A stretch of 64,000 nt of DNA from Alphaproteobacteria bacterium (GTDB lineage Bacteria > Pseudomonadota > Alphaproteobacteria > CACIAM-22H2), in the NCBI GenBank assembly GCA_035506575.1, contig DATJPD010000114.1:734-64733 (forward strand), read 5' to 3'. Within the stretch, counting starts at the first letter, position 1; each line of letters starts with the position of its first letter. This document shows, one piece after another, positions 29,231-39,428 of this stretch. The translations under genes were made by a program, and so were the position numbers. Below the pieces are notes generated by a model. That model did no database searches. It was not told the DNA's origin and saw nothing but the letters and a program-made list of their open reading frames with translations.

Positions 29231-30189
29231 TGCCCCAGTCCGTCATGCCGAAGCCTTACGCCAGCGTCGTCATCCCGGTCTACAACGAGGCCGAGAACCT
29301 GCGGACGTTGTTCGACCGGCTGATGGCAGTGATGGACAGGCTCGGCAAGTCGTTCGAGGTGCTGTTCACCGACGACGGGAGCCGCGACGGATCGCGCGAG
29401 ATCCTCATCGGATTCCACAACGCGCGACCGGACCATGTGCGGGTCATCCTGTTGCGCCGTAACTCGGGCCAGCACCAGGCGATCATGGCGGCGTTCGAGC
29501 GTGCGCGCGGCGAGGTCATCGTGACCTTGGATGCCGATCTGCAAAATCCGCCCGAGGAGATTCCTAAGCTGCTGGACGCGATAGCGCGGGGGCATGATGT
29601 CGCGGGAGGCTATCGCGCGGACCGCAAGGACTCCGCGCTGCGCACCATCCCGTCCCGCATCATCAATCACCTTCGCGCCGCCACGACCGGAATCGAGATG
29701 CGCGACCATGGCTGCATGCTGCGCGCCTATCGCGCCGAGATCGTGCAGCAGATTGTGACCAGCCGCGAGAGCGCCATCTACATCCCGGCCCTTGCCCAGC
29801 ACTTCGCCGCCAACCCGGCCGAGGTCGAGGTGCAGCACGCGGCGCGCACGCATGGCACGTCCAAGTACAACCTGTACCGGCTGATCCGCCTCAATTTCGA
29901 CCTCATGACCGGGTTCACCCTCGTGCCGCTGCAGTTGTTTACGGTGTTCGGTCTTGCGGTGGCGGCCGCAGCCCTCCTGCTGGTCGTATACCTGGCGCTG
30001 CGCCGTCTGATCGTCGGCCCAGAGGTCGAGGGCGTCTTCACGTTGTTCGGCATCCTCTACTTCCTGATCGGCATCGCCATCTCGGGCCTCGGCATCGTCG
30101 GCGAGTATGTCGGCCGGATCTATCAGGAAGTGCGGCGCCGGCCCGCCTATCAGGTGCAGGCCGTCTATGAACGCCCCCAGGACGCCTGA
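29230..30189 (+). CDS. arnC: GT2 glycosyltransferase; undecaprenyl-phosphate 4-deoxy-4-formamido-L-arabinose transferase homolog
   Basis: SVVIPVYNEAENL, DDGSRDGS, TLDADLQNP, and two C-terminal TM helices. Confidence 0.85.
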   Translation: MPQSVMPKPYASVVIPVYNEAENLRTLFDRLMAVMDRLGKSFEVLFTDDGSRDGSREILIGFHNARPDHVRVILLRRNSGQHQAIMAAFERARGEVIVTLDADLQNPPEEIPKLLDAIARGHDVAGGYRADRKDSALRTIPSRIINHLRAATTGIEMRDHGCMLRAYRAEIVQQIVTSRESAIYIPALAQHFAANPAEVEVQHAARTHGTSKYNLYRLIRLNFDLMTGFTLVPLQLFTVFGLAVAAAALLLVVYLALRRLIVGPEVEGVFTLFGILYFLIGIAISGLGIVGEYVGRIYQEVRRRPAYQVQAVYERPQDA

Positions 30190-30195
30190 GCCGGT

Positions 30196-31104
30196 ATGAC
30201 CGATTCTGGCGCGGCCGGCGGGATTATCGTCTTCGCCTATAGCGATATCGGCTACGAATGCCTCGATCTGCTGATCCAGCGCGGCGAGGCCGTGCGCGTC
30301 GTGTTTACCCATCAGGACGATCCGGGTGAGACCCGCTGGTTCCGCTCCGTGGCCGATCTCGCGCAGCGTCACGGGATTGCGGTGCGGTTCGATGAGCCCA
30401 GTCTCGGCGGCGAGGCCGATCGCCTGATCGCAACCTTGGCGCCGGATCTCATCTTCTCGTTTTACTATCGGCGCATGATCCCGACCGCGGTCCTGGCAGC
30501 GGCACGCCGCGGCGCCTTCAACATGCACGGATCTTTGCTCCCCAAATACCGGGGCAAGGCGCCGGTGAACTGGGCGGTGCTGCATGGGGAACGCGAGACC
30601 GGCGTCACCTTGCATCATATGGTGGCGCGGGCGGATGCCGGCGACATCGTGGATCAAGAGGCCGTGCCGATCGCACCCGACGACACGGCGTACGACGTGA
30701 TGCGCCGCCTGGTCCCGGCGGCGCGGCGGCTGCTCGACCGTCAGCTGGCGGCGCTCAAGGCCGGGACCGCACCACGCCGGCGGCAGGACGACGCGCTGGC
30801 GAGCAAGTTCGGCGGCCGCCGGCCGGAGGACGGCCGGATCGAGTGGACGCAGTCTGCGGTCCGGATCGTCGATCTCGTCCGCGCCGTAGCCCGGCCATTT
30901 CCGGGTGCCTTTTCGGAACTTAATGGGCGGCGTCTGATGGTGTGGAAGGCGCGGGCGGCCGATGCCGCCGGCGGGCGGCCGGGCGAGGTGCTCTCCGCCG
31001 CGCCCCTGCGCATCCGGGCGGGCGACGGTGCGGTGGAGCTGGTCGAGTCCGAATGGGCGGACTCCGGAACCCCGCGCTTGCAGCCGGGTGACATCCTCGG
31101 CTAG
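30196..31104 (+). CDS. arnA: UDP-L-Ara4N formyltransferase (ArnA N-terminal-domain homolog, stand-alone)
   Basis: Formyl-transferase fold, HGSLLPKYRGKAPVNWAV, SLLP/N...H...D catalytic motif. Encoded separately from the decarboxylase. Confidence 0.8.
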   Translation: MTDSGAAGGIIVFAYSDIGYECLDLLIQRGEAVRVVFTHQDDPGETRWFRSVADLAQRHGIAVRFDEPSLGGEADRLIATLAPDLIFSFYYRRMIPTAVLAAARRGAFNMHGSLLPKYRGKAPVNWAVLHGERETGVTLHHMVARADAGDIVDQEAVPIAPDDTAYDVMRRLVPAARRLLDRQLAALKAGTAPRRRQDDALASKFGGRRPEDGRIEWTQSAVRIVDLVRAVARPFPGAFSELNGRRLMVWKARAADAAGGRPGEVLSAAPLRIRAGDGAVELVESEWADSGTPRLQPGDILG

Positions 31105-31113
31105 AAGCCCCTC

Positions 31114-32172
31114 ATGTCGCTCAAAATCCTCCTCCTCGGCGCCAACGGCTTCATCGGTAGCAACCTGTCGGAGTTCATCCTGCGCCACCGCGACTGGTCG
31201 GTGTTTGCGATGGACATCCAGTCCGACAAGCTCGACGCCTGTCTGGGCCATCCGAACTTCGCCTTCGTCGAGGGCGACATCACGATCAACCGCGAGTGGA
31301 TCGAGTATCACATCAAGAAGTGCGACGTGGTGCTGCCGCTTGTCGCGATCGCGACGCCGGCCACCTATGTGCGCGAGCCGCTCCGGGTGTTCGAACTCGA
31401 TTTCGAGGCGAACCTGCGCATCATCCGGGACTGCGTGCGCTACGGCAAACGCGTGGTGTTCCCGTCGACATCCGAGGTCTACGGCATGAACACCGAGCGC
31501 GAGTTCGACGAGGAGACGTCGAACTTCGTCCTCGGCCCCGTGGCCAAGCAGCGGTGGATCTACGCCTGCTCCAAGCAGCTGATGGACCGCGTGATCTATG
31601 CCTATGGCGAGGAGGGAAAGCTCGACTACACGCTCTTTCGGCCGTTCAACTGGATCGGCCCCCGGCTCGACAACATCTGGGCCGCCAAGGAAGGCTCGTC
31701 GCGCGTGCTCACCCAGTTCATCGGCAATATCATCCGGCGCGAGAACATCCAGCTCGTGGACGGCGGCGACCAGCGGCGCTGCTTCCTCTACATCGACGAT
31801 GCGATCGACGCGCTGATCCGGATCATCGAGAACAACAGTGGCCAGGCGTCCAAGCGCATCTTCAACATCGGGAACGCGAAGAACGACCTCTCGATCCGCG
31901 AGCTGGCCGAGCTCCTCGTGCGTATGATCGCGCGCTATCCGGGATACGAGAACGTGGCCAAGGAGATGAAGATCATCTCGGTGGGTGCCGACGAATATTA
32001 CGGCAAAGGCTACCAGGACATCGCGCTTCGGGTGCCGTCGATCCGCAATGCCGAGCGTTATCTCGGCTGGCACCCGGTCACCGATCTCGAGACCGCGGTG
32101 AAGAAGACGCTCGACTATTACCTCGTGTCGAAGCACCCGGAGACCGGCGACCTCGACGCCTCCCGGAGGTGA
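31114..32172 (+). CDS. arnA: UDP-glucuronate oxidative decarboxylase (ArnA C-terminal-domain homolog, stand-alone)
   Basis: ILLLGANGFIGSNL Rossmann motif, SDR-extended YACSKQLMDR catalytic motif, 352 aa. Confidence 0.85.
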   Translation: MSLKILLLGANGFIGSNLSEFILRHRDWSVFAMDIQSDKLDACLGHPNFAFVEGDITINREWIEYHIKKCDVVLPLVAIATPATYVREPLRVFELDFEANLRIIRDCVRYGKRVVFPSTSEVYGMNTEREFDEETSNFVLGPVAKQRWIYACSKQLMDRVIYAYGEEGKLDYTLFRPFNWIGPRLDNIWAAKEGSSRVLTQFIGNIIRRENIQLVDGGDQRRCFLYIDDAIDALIRIIENNSGQASKRIFNIGNAKNDLSIRELAELLVRMIARYPGYENVAKEMKIISVGADEYYGKGYQDIALRVPSIRNAERYLGWHPVTDLETAVKKTLDYYLVSKHPETGDLDASRR

Positions 32173-33074
32173 CCACGCCGCGGCTCGCGCTCAAGGTCGA
32201 CGTCGATACCGACCGCGGCACGCGCGAGGGCGTGCCGCCCCTGGCACGGCTTCTGGCCGAACGCGGCATCCGTGCCACGTTCCTGTTCGCGCTCGGCCCC
32301 GACAACACCGGCCGGGCCATCCGCCGCATCTTCCGCCCGGGCTTCTTCCAGAAGGTCAGCCGCACCAGCGTGGTCTCGGTCTATGGCTGGCGCACTTTGC
32401 TCAACGGCGTGCTGTGGCCCGGTCCGGACATTGCCGCGCGCAACGCCCAGGCGATGCGCGAGGTGCAGCGCCTCGGCCATGAGGTCGGCATCCATTGCTG
32501 GGATCACGTGAAGTGGCAGGACGGGCTTGCGCGCATGCAGGGCGATGAACCGGCCGCGGAGATCCGCAAGGCGCGCCAGGCGTTCCGGAGGGTCTTCGGG
32601 TTCGATGCCAGGACGGCCGGGGCAGCGGGCTGGCAGGCGGACGCGAAGAGTCTCGCCGCCTACGACGCCTGCGGCTTCGACTATGCGAGCGATGCGCGCG
32701 GCCGCGCGCCGTTCTTTCCGCGCGCCGCCGGCCGCGTGTTCGCCACCTTGCAGATCCCCACCACCTTGCCGACCTTGGACGAGTTGCTCGGCCGTCCCGA
32801 ATATCCGCAAACCGGGCTTGCGGATGCCTATCGGCGCTGGCTGCGCGAGGATGACCTCAACGTGATGACCATCCACGCCGAGCTCGAAGGGATGGCCTAC
32901 CGCTCCTGGTTCGAGCAGCTCATCGACCGGCTCCGCGGGGAGCGTGTCGCTTTCACGCTGCTGGCCGACGAGGCTCGCGCATCTCTCGGCCGGCGCGCCG
33001 AAATTCCTGTCTGCGACCTTGCGATGGGGACGGTGGACGGCCGCTCCGGCACCTTGGCCGTGCAAGGCGCCTAG
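32169..33074 (+). CDS. arnD: polysaccharide-deacetylase-family 4-deoxy-4-formamido-L-arabinose-phosphoundecaprenol deformylase homolog
   Basis: GTG start overlapping the arnA stop (GGTGA). ArnD-like N-terminus TPRLALKVDVDTDRGTREGVP...ATFLF. Confidence 0.8.
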   Translation: MTTPRLALKVDVDTDRGTREGVPPLARLLAERGIRATFLFALGPDNTGRAIRRIFRPGFFQKVSRTSVVSVYGWRTLLNGVLWPGPDIAARNAQAMREVQRLGHEVGIHCWDHVKWQDGLARMQGDEPAAEIRKARQAFRRVFGFDARTAGAAGWQADAKSLAAYDACGFDYASDARGRAPFFPRAAGRVFATLQIPTTLPTLDELLGRPEYPQTGLADAYRRWLREDDLNVMTIHAELEGMAYRSWFEQLIDRLRGERVAFTLLADEARASLGRRAEIPVCDLAMGTVDGRSGTLAVQGA

Positions 33075-34303
33075 GCACGTTCCTTCGCCACGCCCGCCTC
33101 TTCCGGCGGCCGCACGCGGCTGAACATCCTGAGCAGCGCCAGGTCGTAGCCGGCCTTCAGCACGCCGCCGAACAACAGCGGCCAGCCGAAGGTCGTGAGC
33201 GTGATCAGATATCCGGCGATCACCGGGCTGACCGCCGAGGCGAGGCTGCGCGGAACCGCGGTGAGGCTGGCGGCGGCCGGGCGCTCGGCTTCGCTGACCA
33301 CCGCCATGACGTAAGACGAACGCGCCGGCACGTCCATCTGCGAGAGCAGGGCCCGCACCAGCAGAAGTCCGATCACCACACGCAGGTCCGACACGAACGG
33401 GATCGCGATCACGCACAGGCTGGACGGCAGATGCGTGAATACCATCGTCCTGATCAGGCCGATGCGGCGCGCGAGCGGCGCTGCCGCGAGATACGAGGTG
33501 GCCGTCAAGGTGCCGGCCCAGAAGAAGAGGCTGGCAGCCTCGGTCACGGGCATCTGGAAGCGTTGGAACAGCCACAGCACGAGGATCGACTGCACCAGGA
33601 AGCCGCCGCCGAACGAATCGACGGTGAAGAGAGCGGTCAGGCGATAGACCACGCCGCGCGACCGGCCGAGCGGCTGGACCGCCTCGCGATGCTCGCCATG
33701 GTCCTTGGCCAGGTCCCGATAGAGAAAGGAGGCGATGACTCCGGTCGCGGCGTAGAGGAGAAACATCGCCTGCATGGCCGTGAGCGGCGACAGGCCGAGC
33801 CGCGCCGAGGCCAGATCGGGAACGGCCGCGAGCAGCGTGCCGAGGGCACCCATCAGCGCTCCGGCGAGGCTGTATTCGGCGAAGAGCTGCGTGCGCTCAC
33901 GCGGTGCGACCGAGCGCGCCAGCAGGGACTGCTCGAGCGGATAGAAGACGCTCACATCGCCCGCCGAGGGATTGAGCGTGCCGATGAATGCGACGACCAG
34001 GAGCGGCCAGAACGCGCGGAAACCGGCGAACCCGAGCCCGGTGAAGATCATCAGCCCCGCTGCCCACAGGAGCGGCCGGCGATGGCCGAACCGCGCCGTG
34101 ATCCAGCCCGTCATCAGCGTGAGCGCCGCCGAGCCGATCAACGTCGCCGTCGTCAGCACCCCGACCTCGAACGGGCCCTGGCCGAGTGCCAGGAGATACG
34201 CCGGCATGAGGATGCTGACGAAGCCGTCGCCGATCGCGCGCAGGCCGCGTGCTATGACCAGGCGGCGCGCATCGGCGGTTGCGGATTCGGGGAAGAGGCG
34301 CAT
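33071..34303 (-). CDS. MFS transporter
   Basis: 410 aa, 12 predicted TM segments, convergent with arnD. Confidence 0.7.
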   Translation of the reverse strand: MRLFPESATADARRLVIARGLRAIGDGFVSILMPAYLLALGQGPFEVGVLTTATLIGSAALTLMTGWITARFGHRRPLLWAAGLMIFTGLGFAGFRAFWPLLVVAFIGTLNPSAGDVSVFYPLEQSLLARSVAPRERTQLFAEYSLAGALMGALGTLLAAVPDLASARLGLSPLTAMQAMFLLYAATGVIASFLYRDLAKDHGEHREAVQPLGRSRGVVYRLTALFTVDSFGGGFLVQSILVLWLFQRFQMPVTEAASLFFWAGTLTATSYLAAAPLARRIGLIRTMVFTHLPSSLCVIAIPFVSDLRVVIGLLLVRALLSQMDVPARSSYVMAVVSEAERPAAASLTAVPRSLASAVSPVIAGYLITLTTFGWPLLFGGVLKAGYDLALLRMFSRVRPPEEAGVAKERA

Positions 34304-34412
34304 GGAGGAGTTTCTAGCACGGACGGGCAGCGTCCCACGCGCCGCCGTCGTCTAGTCCTCTCTACCGCCGGATGCTAGCTTTGCGTCAACGACGGGACGG
34401 GAGGAGCACGCC

Positions 34413-35558
34413 ATGAAGCGGAGCAGCGAGCGGTTTTTGACGACCCACACGGGCAGCCTGCCGCGCCCCGACGACCTGATCCGCATGATGTTCGCGAAAG
34501 AGGAGGGCGTGCCGGTCGATGCGGCCGCACTGGCCGCACGAATCCGTTCGGCGGTCGCCGAGGTGGTACGCCTGCAAGTCGACGCAGGGGTCGACATCGT
34601 CAACGACGGCGAGTTGAGCAAGCCAAGCTACGCCACTTACATCAAGGATCGCCTGAACGGCTTCGGCGGCACCAGCAACTCGTTCCAGTACCAGGACCTG
34701 AACGAGTTTCCCGTCCTGGCGAAGAAGGTGTTCGGAGATCCGGGGCGCTCCAGGCGCAAGACGCCTGCCTGCACGGCGCCCATCACCGTGCGCGATGCCG
34801 CCGCGGCGAAGACCGACGCCGACAACCTCAAGGCCGCGGTCTCGTCGGTGGGTGCGACGGAGGCGTTCATGAGTGCTGCGTCGCCGGGTGTGATCGCCCT
34901 GTTTTTCCGCGACGATTACTACAAGAGCCGCGAGGCTTACCTAGCCGCGATCGCCGAGGCGATGCGCCACGAGTACGAGGCGGTGGTGAACGCCGGGTTC
35001 ATACTGCAGATCGACTGCCCCGACCTCGCCATGGGCCGCCACATCCAGTTCGCCGGCCTGAGCCTCGAGGAGTTCCGCAAGCAGGCGCGGCTCAACATCG
35101 AAGCCCTCAATCACGCGCTCGCCAACATCCCACCCGAGCGCCTGCGCATGCATCTCTGCTGGGGCAACTACGAAGGGCCGCATCATTGCGACGTGCCGCT
35201 TTCCGACATCATCGATGTCGTGTTCACCGCCAAACCCGCTGCCATCTCGTTCGAAGCGGCCAACCCGCGCCATGCGCATGAATGGAAGCTGTTCGAGGAG
35301 GTCAAGCTGCCGGCGGGAAAGGTCCTGATCCCGGGTGTGCTCGAATCCAAGACGAATTTCATCGAGCATCCGGAGCTGATTGCTCAGCGCATCGGCCGGT
35401 ACGCGAAGCTGGTCGGCCGGGAGAACGTGATCGCCGGCAGCGACTGCGGGTATGGCACCTGGGTAGGCCAGGCGGCCGTCGATCCGCAGGTGGTGTGGGC
35501 GAAAATGGCGGCGATGGCCGAGGGAGCCAGGATCGCCTCGCGCGAATTCTGGCGGTAG
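34413..35558 (+). CDS. cobalamin-independent methionine synthase II family protein (MetE C-terminal-domain-like Zn methyltransferase)
   Basis: Zinc ligand motifs HLCWGNY and IAGSDCGYG. UROD/MetE-like TIM barrel, 381 aa. Confidence 0.7.
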   Translation: MKRSSERFLTTHTGSLPRPDDLIRMMFAKEEGVPVDAAALAARIRSAVAEVVRLQVDAGVDIVNDGELSKPSYATYIKDRLNGFGGTSNSFQYQDLNEFPVLAKKVFGDPGRSRRKTPACTAPITVRDAAAAKTDADNLKAAVSSVGATEAFMSAASPGVIALFFRDDYYKSREAYLAAIAEAMRHEYEAVVNAGFILQIDCPDLAMGRHIQFAGLSLEEFRKQARLNIEALNHALANIPPERLRMHLCWGNYEGPHHCDVPLSDIIDVVFTAKPAAISFEAANPRHAHEWKLFEEVKLPAGKVLIPGVLESKTNFIEHPELIAQRIGRYAKLVGRENVIAGSDCGYGTWVGQAAVDPQVVWAKMAAMAEGARIASREFWR

Positions 35559-35710
35559 GCTGCCTCGAATCGGTCATGGTTGCTGACATTTTGGGCGCCA
35601 CAAAGATCCGGCGGACCTGACTCGCCGAAAATCCGGTCATTGGCGTCAAAAGCGGCAGTCATCTGCTGCAACTTTCTGCGCCGGCAGCGCCGCATGCGTA
35701 TTCCGGTGGC

Positions 35711-36586
35711 ATGTCCTTTGCTGGAAGCGGGTGGGTTCCGCAACCGAAAGGCTATGCCGTGTCCTATCTCGTTCCCTCCGAGTTCGTCACCAAGATGATC
35801 GACGCCGGCGAAGCGAAGATCCTGATGTCTACCCGGGACACACTGGTCCGCGCGTACATGGCGGGCGCCATCCTCGCCTTGGCGGCGTGGTTCGCGGTCA
35901 CCATCAACGTCAACACCGGTCAGCCGCTCGTGGGCGCTATTCTGTTTCCGGTCGGGTTTTGCATGCTGTCCCTCTTCGGCTTCGACCTTTTGACCGGCGT
36001 GTTCGTCCTGTCGCCGTTGGCTTGGCTCGACAAGCGCCCGGGCGTGACGATGGGTGGGGTGCTGCGAAATTGGGGGCTGGTCTTCGTTGGCAACTTTGCC
36101 GGCGCCCTTACCGTCGCGTTCCTGATGGCTTTCGTGACCACGTTCGGCTTCACGCAGCCGCCGGACAAGGTCGGCACCACGATTGGGAATATCGGTGAGG
36201 CCCGGACCCTCGGCTACGCGGCACACGGGGCCATGGGCATGGTCACGCTGTTCCTCCGCGGCGCCCTGTGCAACTGGATGGTGTCGACCGGCGTCGTCGG
36301 TGCCATGATCTCGACCACGGTCCCCGGCAAGGTGATCGCGATGTGGATGCCGATCTTCGTCTTCTTCTATATGGTCTTCGAGCATTCCGTCGTGAACATG
36401 TTCCTGTTCCCCTCCGGCTTGATGCTCCATGCGCCGTTCTCGATCAGCGACTATTTCATCTGGAACGAGATTCCGACCGTGCTCGGAAATATGGTCGGCG
36501 GGCTGGCGTTCACCGGCCTCACCCTCTATGCGACTCACGCGCGGACGGCACCCAAGCGCAGCGTGGCCCTCAAGCACGCCGCCTGA
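35711..36586 (+). CDS. formate/nitrite transporter (FNT) family channel
   Basis: 6-TM FNT hallmarks AGAILALAAW, LFGFDLLTGVF, GNFAGALTVA. 291 aa. Confidence 0.8.
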   Translation: MSFAGSGWVPQPKGYAVSYLVPSEFVTKMIDAGEAKILMSTRDTLVRAYMAGAILALAAWFAVTINVNTGQPLVGAILFPVGFCMLSLFGFDLLTGVFVLSPLAWLDKRPGVTMGGVLRNWGLVFVGNFAGALTVAFLMAFVTTFGFTQPPDKVGTTIGNIGEARTLGYAAHGAMGMVTLFLRGALCNWMVSTGVVGAMISTTVPGKVIAMWMPIFVFFYMVFEHSVVNMFLFPSGLMLHAPFSISDYFIWNEIPTVLGNMVGGLAFTGLTLYATHARTAPKRSVALKHAA

Positions 36587-36638
36587 CGGCGTCGGCATCG
36601 TCGAGCCTCGACCCGCCCCGGGTTGAGGCTCGGCTTCT

Positions 36639-38384
36639 TTGCGCGGGCTCATGCCAGCGGGGCTTTCGATATCGATCGGGCAATGCTCCGAGGCCGGGCG
36701 CAAAAGCGCCAACCAGGACTTTTATGGCGCACTGATTCCTGAAGGGCCGCTCCTGGGTCTGAAAGGTGTCGCGATCGTCCTTGCCGACGGGATCAGCACG
36801 AGCGAGGTCGGCGCAGATGCGAGCGAGACCGCGGTCAAAAGCTTCCTGACGGATTACTACTGCACGCCGGATTCATGGTCGGTGAAAACCTCGGCGCAGC
36901 GCGTGATCGCCGCGGTGAATTCCTGGATGCACGCCCAGAACCGGCCCATGCGCCTTCTCGAGGACAAAGACAGGGGCTACGTGTGCACCCTGAGTGCGCT
37001 CGTGATCAAGTCGACGACAGCGCATATCTTCCATGTCGGCGACGGGCGCATCTGCCGTGTCGCCGGGCGCACCCTCGAGCAGCTCACGGAAGATCACCGC
37101 GTGATCGTGTCCTCCGCCGAGAGCTATCTCGGCCGTGCCCTCGGCATCAACTCGCAGATCGAAATCGATTACCGCTCCTTGCCCGTCGAACCCGGCGACC
37201 TGTTCATCCTGGCGACCGACGGCGTGCACGAGCATGTCACGCCGCGTTTCATAGCGGAGGTTGTCGCCGAGACCCCGGACCTGGACGGTGCGGCCAGGCG
37301 CATCGTCGAGGAAGCTTACCGGCAGGGCAGCTCTGACAATCTGACCGTGCAGATCATACGCGTCGACGCCGTGCCGCGCGGCGAGGCCGCCGAGGTCGTC
37401 GCCCACGCCTCCGAATTGCCGCCTCCACCGCTGCTCGAGGCGAGGGCGGAGTTCGAGGGGTATCGCATCGTGCGCGAGCTCCATGCGAGCAGCCGAAGCC
37501 ATATCTATCTCGCGACCGATGAACAGGATGGCGCCAGGGTCGCGATCAAAATTCCGTCGATCGACCGTCGCGGCGATCCAGCCTATATGCAGCGATTCCG
37601 GATGGAGGAGTGGGTGGCGCGGCGCATCAACAGCGCCCACGTCTTGAGGGCACGCGAATCCTCCAGGAAGCGCAACTACGCGTACCTCGTGACCGAGTTC
37701 GTGGACGGACAGACGCTGGCACAGTGGATGGTCGACAATCCGAGGCCCGGCCTGCACAAGGTGCGCGACATCATCGGGCAGATCGCGAAAGGCCTGCAGG
37801 CGTTCCATCGCCTCGAGATGCTGCACCAGGATCTCACGCCCGCGAACGTCATGATCGACGTCACCGGGACTGCGAAGATCATCGATTTCGGCTCCACGAG
37901 CATCGCCGGTATCGAGGGCGACGGCGCCGCCGCCGATCGCACCGACATCGCGGGATCGATCCAGTACACGGCACCGGAGTATTTCCTGGGCGAGGGAGGT
38001 ACGCAGGCGTCGGACATATTCTCGCTGGGCGTGATCGCCTATCAGATGCTGACGGGGCGGCTGCCCTATGGCACCGCGGTCGCGAAACTCAGGACCAGGG
38101 CGCAGCTGCGAAAGCTGCGCTACGCGTCCGCGGTCGACGATCATCGCGAACTCCCCGGCTGGGTCGACGCAGTGCTGAGGAAAGCCGTACACCCGGATCC
38201 CGCCCGCCGTTACGGCGAGTTGTCGGAGTTCTTGTTCGACCTTCGGCAGCCCGACAAGGCGGCTCTGGGGATACCGGCGGCTCCGCTTCTGCAGCGCAAC
38301 CCGCTGGTGTTCTGGCAGGCGACGTCCGCGCTGCTGGCGGCGATCGTCGTTGGGCTCCTCATTTATCTAGGCCTTCGCCGCTGA
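36639..38384 (+). CDS. bifunctional PP2C-family Ser/Thr phosphatase / Ser/Thr protein kinase, C-terminal membrane anchor
   Basis: PPM motifs in the N-terminal 240 aa (ADGISTSEVG, HVGDGRICRV, LATDGVHEHV, GSSDNLTVQII). Hanks kinase domain (VAIKIPS, HQDLTPANVMID, DFGST, APE). One C-terminal TM helix. Confidence 0.8.
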   Translation: MRGLMPAGLSISIGQCSEAGRKSANQDFYGALIPEGPLLGLKGVAIVLADGISTSEVGADASETAVKSFLTDYYCTPDSWSVKTSAQRVIAAVNSWMHAQNRPMRLLEDKDRGYVCTLSALVIKSTTAHIFHVGDGRICRVAGRTLEQLTEDHRVIVSSAESYLGRALGINSQIEIDYRSLPVEPGDLFILATDGVHEHVTPRFIAEVVAETPDLDGAARRIVEEAYRQGSSDNLTVQIIRVDAVPRGEAAEVVAHASELPPPPLLEARAEFEGYRIVRELHASSRSHIYLATDEQDGARVAIKIPSIDRRGDPAYMQRFRMEEWVARRINSAHVLRARESSRKRNYAYLVTEFVDGQTLAQWMVDNPRPGLHKVRDIIGQIAKGLQAFHRLEMLHQDLTPANVMIDVTGTAKIIDFGSTSIAGIEGDGAAADRTDIAGSIQYTAPEYFLGEGGTQASDIFSLGVIAYQMLTGRLPYGTAVAKLRTRAQLRKLRYASAVDDHRELPGWVDAVLRKAVHPDPARRYGELSEFLFDLRQPDKAALGIPAAPLLQRNPLVFWQATSALLAAIVVGLLIYLGLRR

Positions 38385-38510
38385 GGCGTCCGGCCGGCGG
38401 TTTCACGAATAAAATCAAAGCGTCTCCCAGGGGCTCGCGTGAGAGAAATTAGGCCGCGGGCCAAGAAAAATTTGAACGACAGCGTGTGACGTGCCATCCA
38501 TACACACTCG

Positions 38511-39428
38511 ATGAGCCGCCGCTTACCGCCGCTGAATTCCTTGCGCGCCTTCGAGGCTGTTGCGCGCCATCTCAGCATCTCGAAGGCTGCCGACGAGCTG
38601 AGCGTGACCCCGGCGGCGGTCAGCCACCAGATCAAGACCCTCGAGGATCACCTGGGGGTTGCGCTGTTCCGGCGCGACAAACGCACCCTGCTCCTGAGCG
38701 ATGCCGGGCAGGCCTGTCTTCCGGGCATCCGGGAGGCGTTCGAGCGGCTCAGCAGCGCCATCGCCGAGATCGATTCCCTCGGCTTGGGCGGCATCCTGAC
38801 GGTGAGCGTCGCGCCGTCATTTGCCGCGAAATGGCTGGTACCGCGCCTCGACCGCTTCCAGGCCAAGCATCCCGAGATCGACGTTCGCGTGTCAGCCTCG
38901 ATGCAGATCACCGATTTCTCGCGCGATGATGTCGACCTCGCGATCCGGTACGGGGCGGGCCGCTATGGCGACCTCGTGGTCGAGCGGCTGCTCGACGAAG
39001 CCGTATTTCCGGTGTGCAGCCCCAAGCTGATGAAGGGCAAGAACGCGCTCACGGCCCCGCAGGCGCTCAAGTCCCATACGCTGCTGCACGATGACAGCCC
39101 CGACGGCGACGAATCCTGCCCCACCTGGGCGATGTGGCTGAAGGCGGCGGGGGTGGAGGAGGTCGACGCCTCCCGCGGGCCCCGGTTTAACCAATCGAGT
39201 CTGGTGATCGAGGCGGCCATCCTCGGCCGTGGCGTGGCGCTGGCCAAGGCCACCCTGGCCGCCGCAGATCTGGCCGAGGGCCGGCTGACCAAGCCCTTCC
39301 AGATGAGCGCTCCGGTCGATTTCGCGTACTACCTCGTCTGCCCCAAGGCCAAGCTCAACCTGCCCAAAGTGGCGCTGTTCCGGGACTGGCTCAGGAACGA
39401 GGCCGCGGCCGTGCGCAAGGCCGCGTAA
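38511..39428 (+). CDS. LysR family transcriptional regulator (GcvA-like)
   Basis: HTH LPPLNSLRAFEAVARHLSISKAADELSVTPAAVSHQIKTLE plus a LysR substrate-binding domain. Confidence 0.85.
   Translation: MSRRLPPLNSLRAFEAVARHLSISKAADELSVTPAAVSHQIKTLEDHLGVALFRRDKRTLLLSDAGQACLPGIREAFERLSSAIAEIDSLGLGGILTVSVAPSFAAKWLVPRLDRFQAKHPEIDVRVSASMQITDFSRDDVDLAIRYGAGRYGDLVVERLLDEAVFPVCSPKLMKGKNALTAPQALKSHTLLHDDSPDGDESCPTWAMWLKAAGVEEVDASRGPRFNQSSLVIEAAILGRGVALAKATLAAADLAEGRLTKPFQMSAPVDFAYYLVCPKAKLNLPKVALFRDWLRNEAAAVRKAA

Noticed and set aside
29071-32136. 1021-aa minus-strand ORF
   Set aside because: Antisense to arnC and both arnA genes. No motifs. The forward-strand genes are conserved enzymes.
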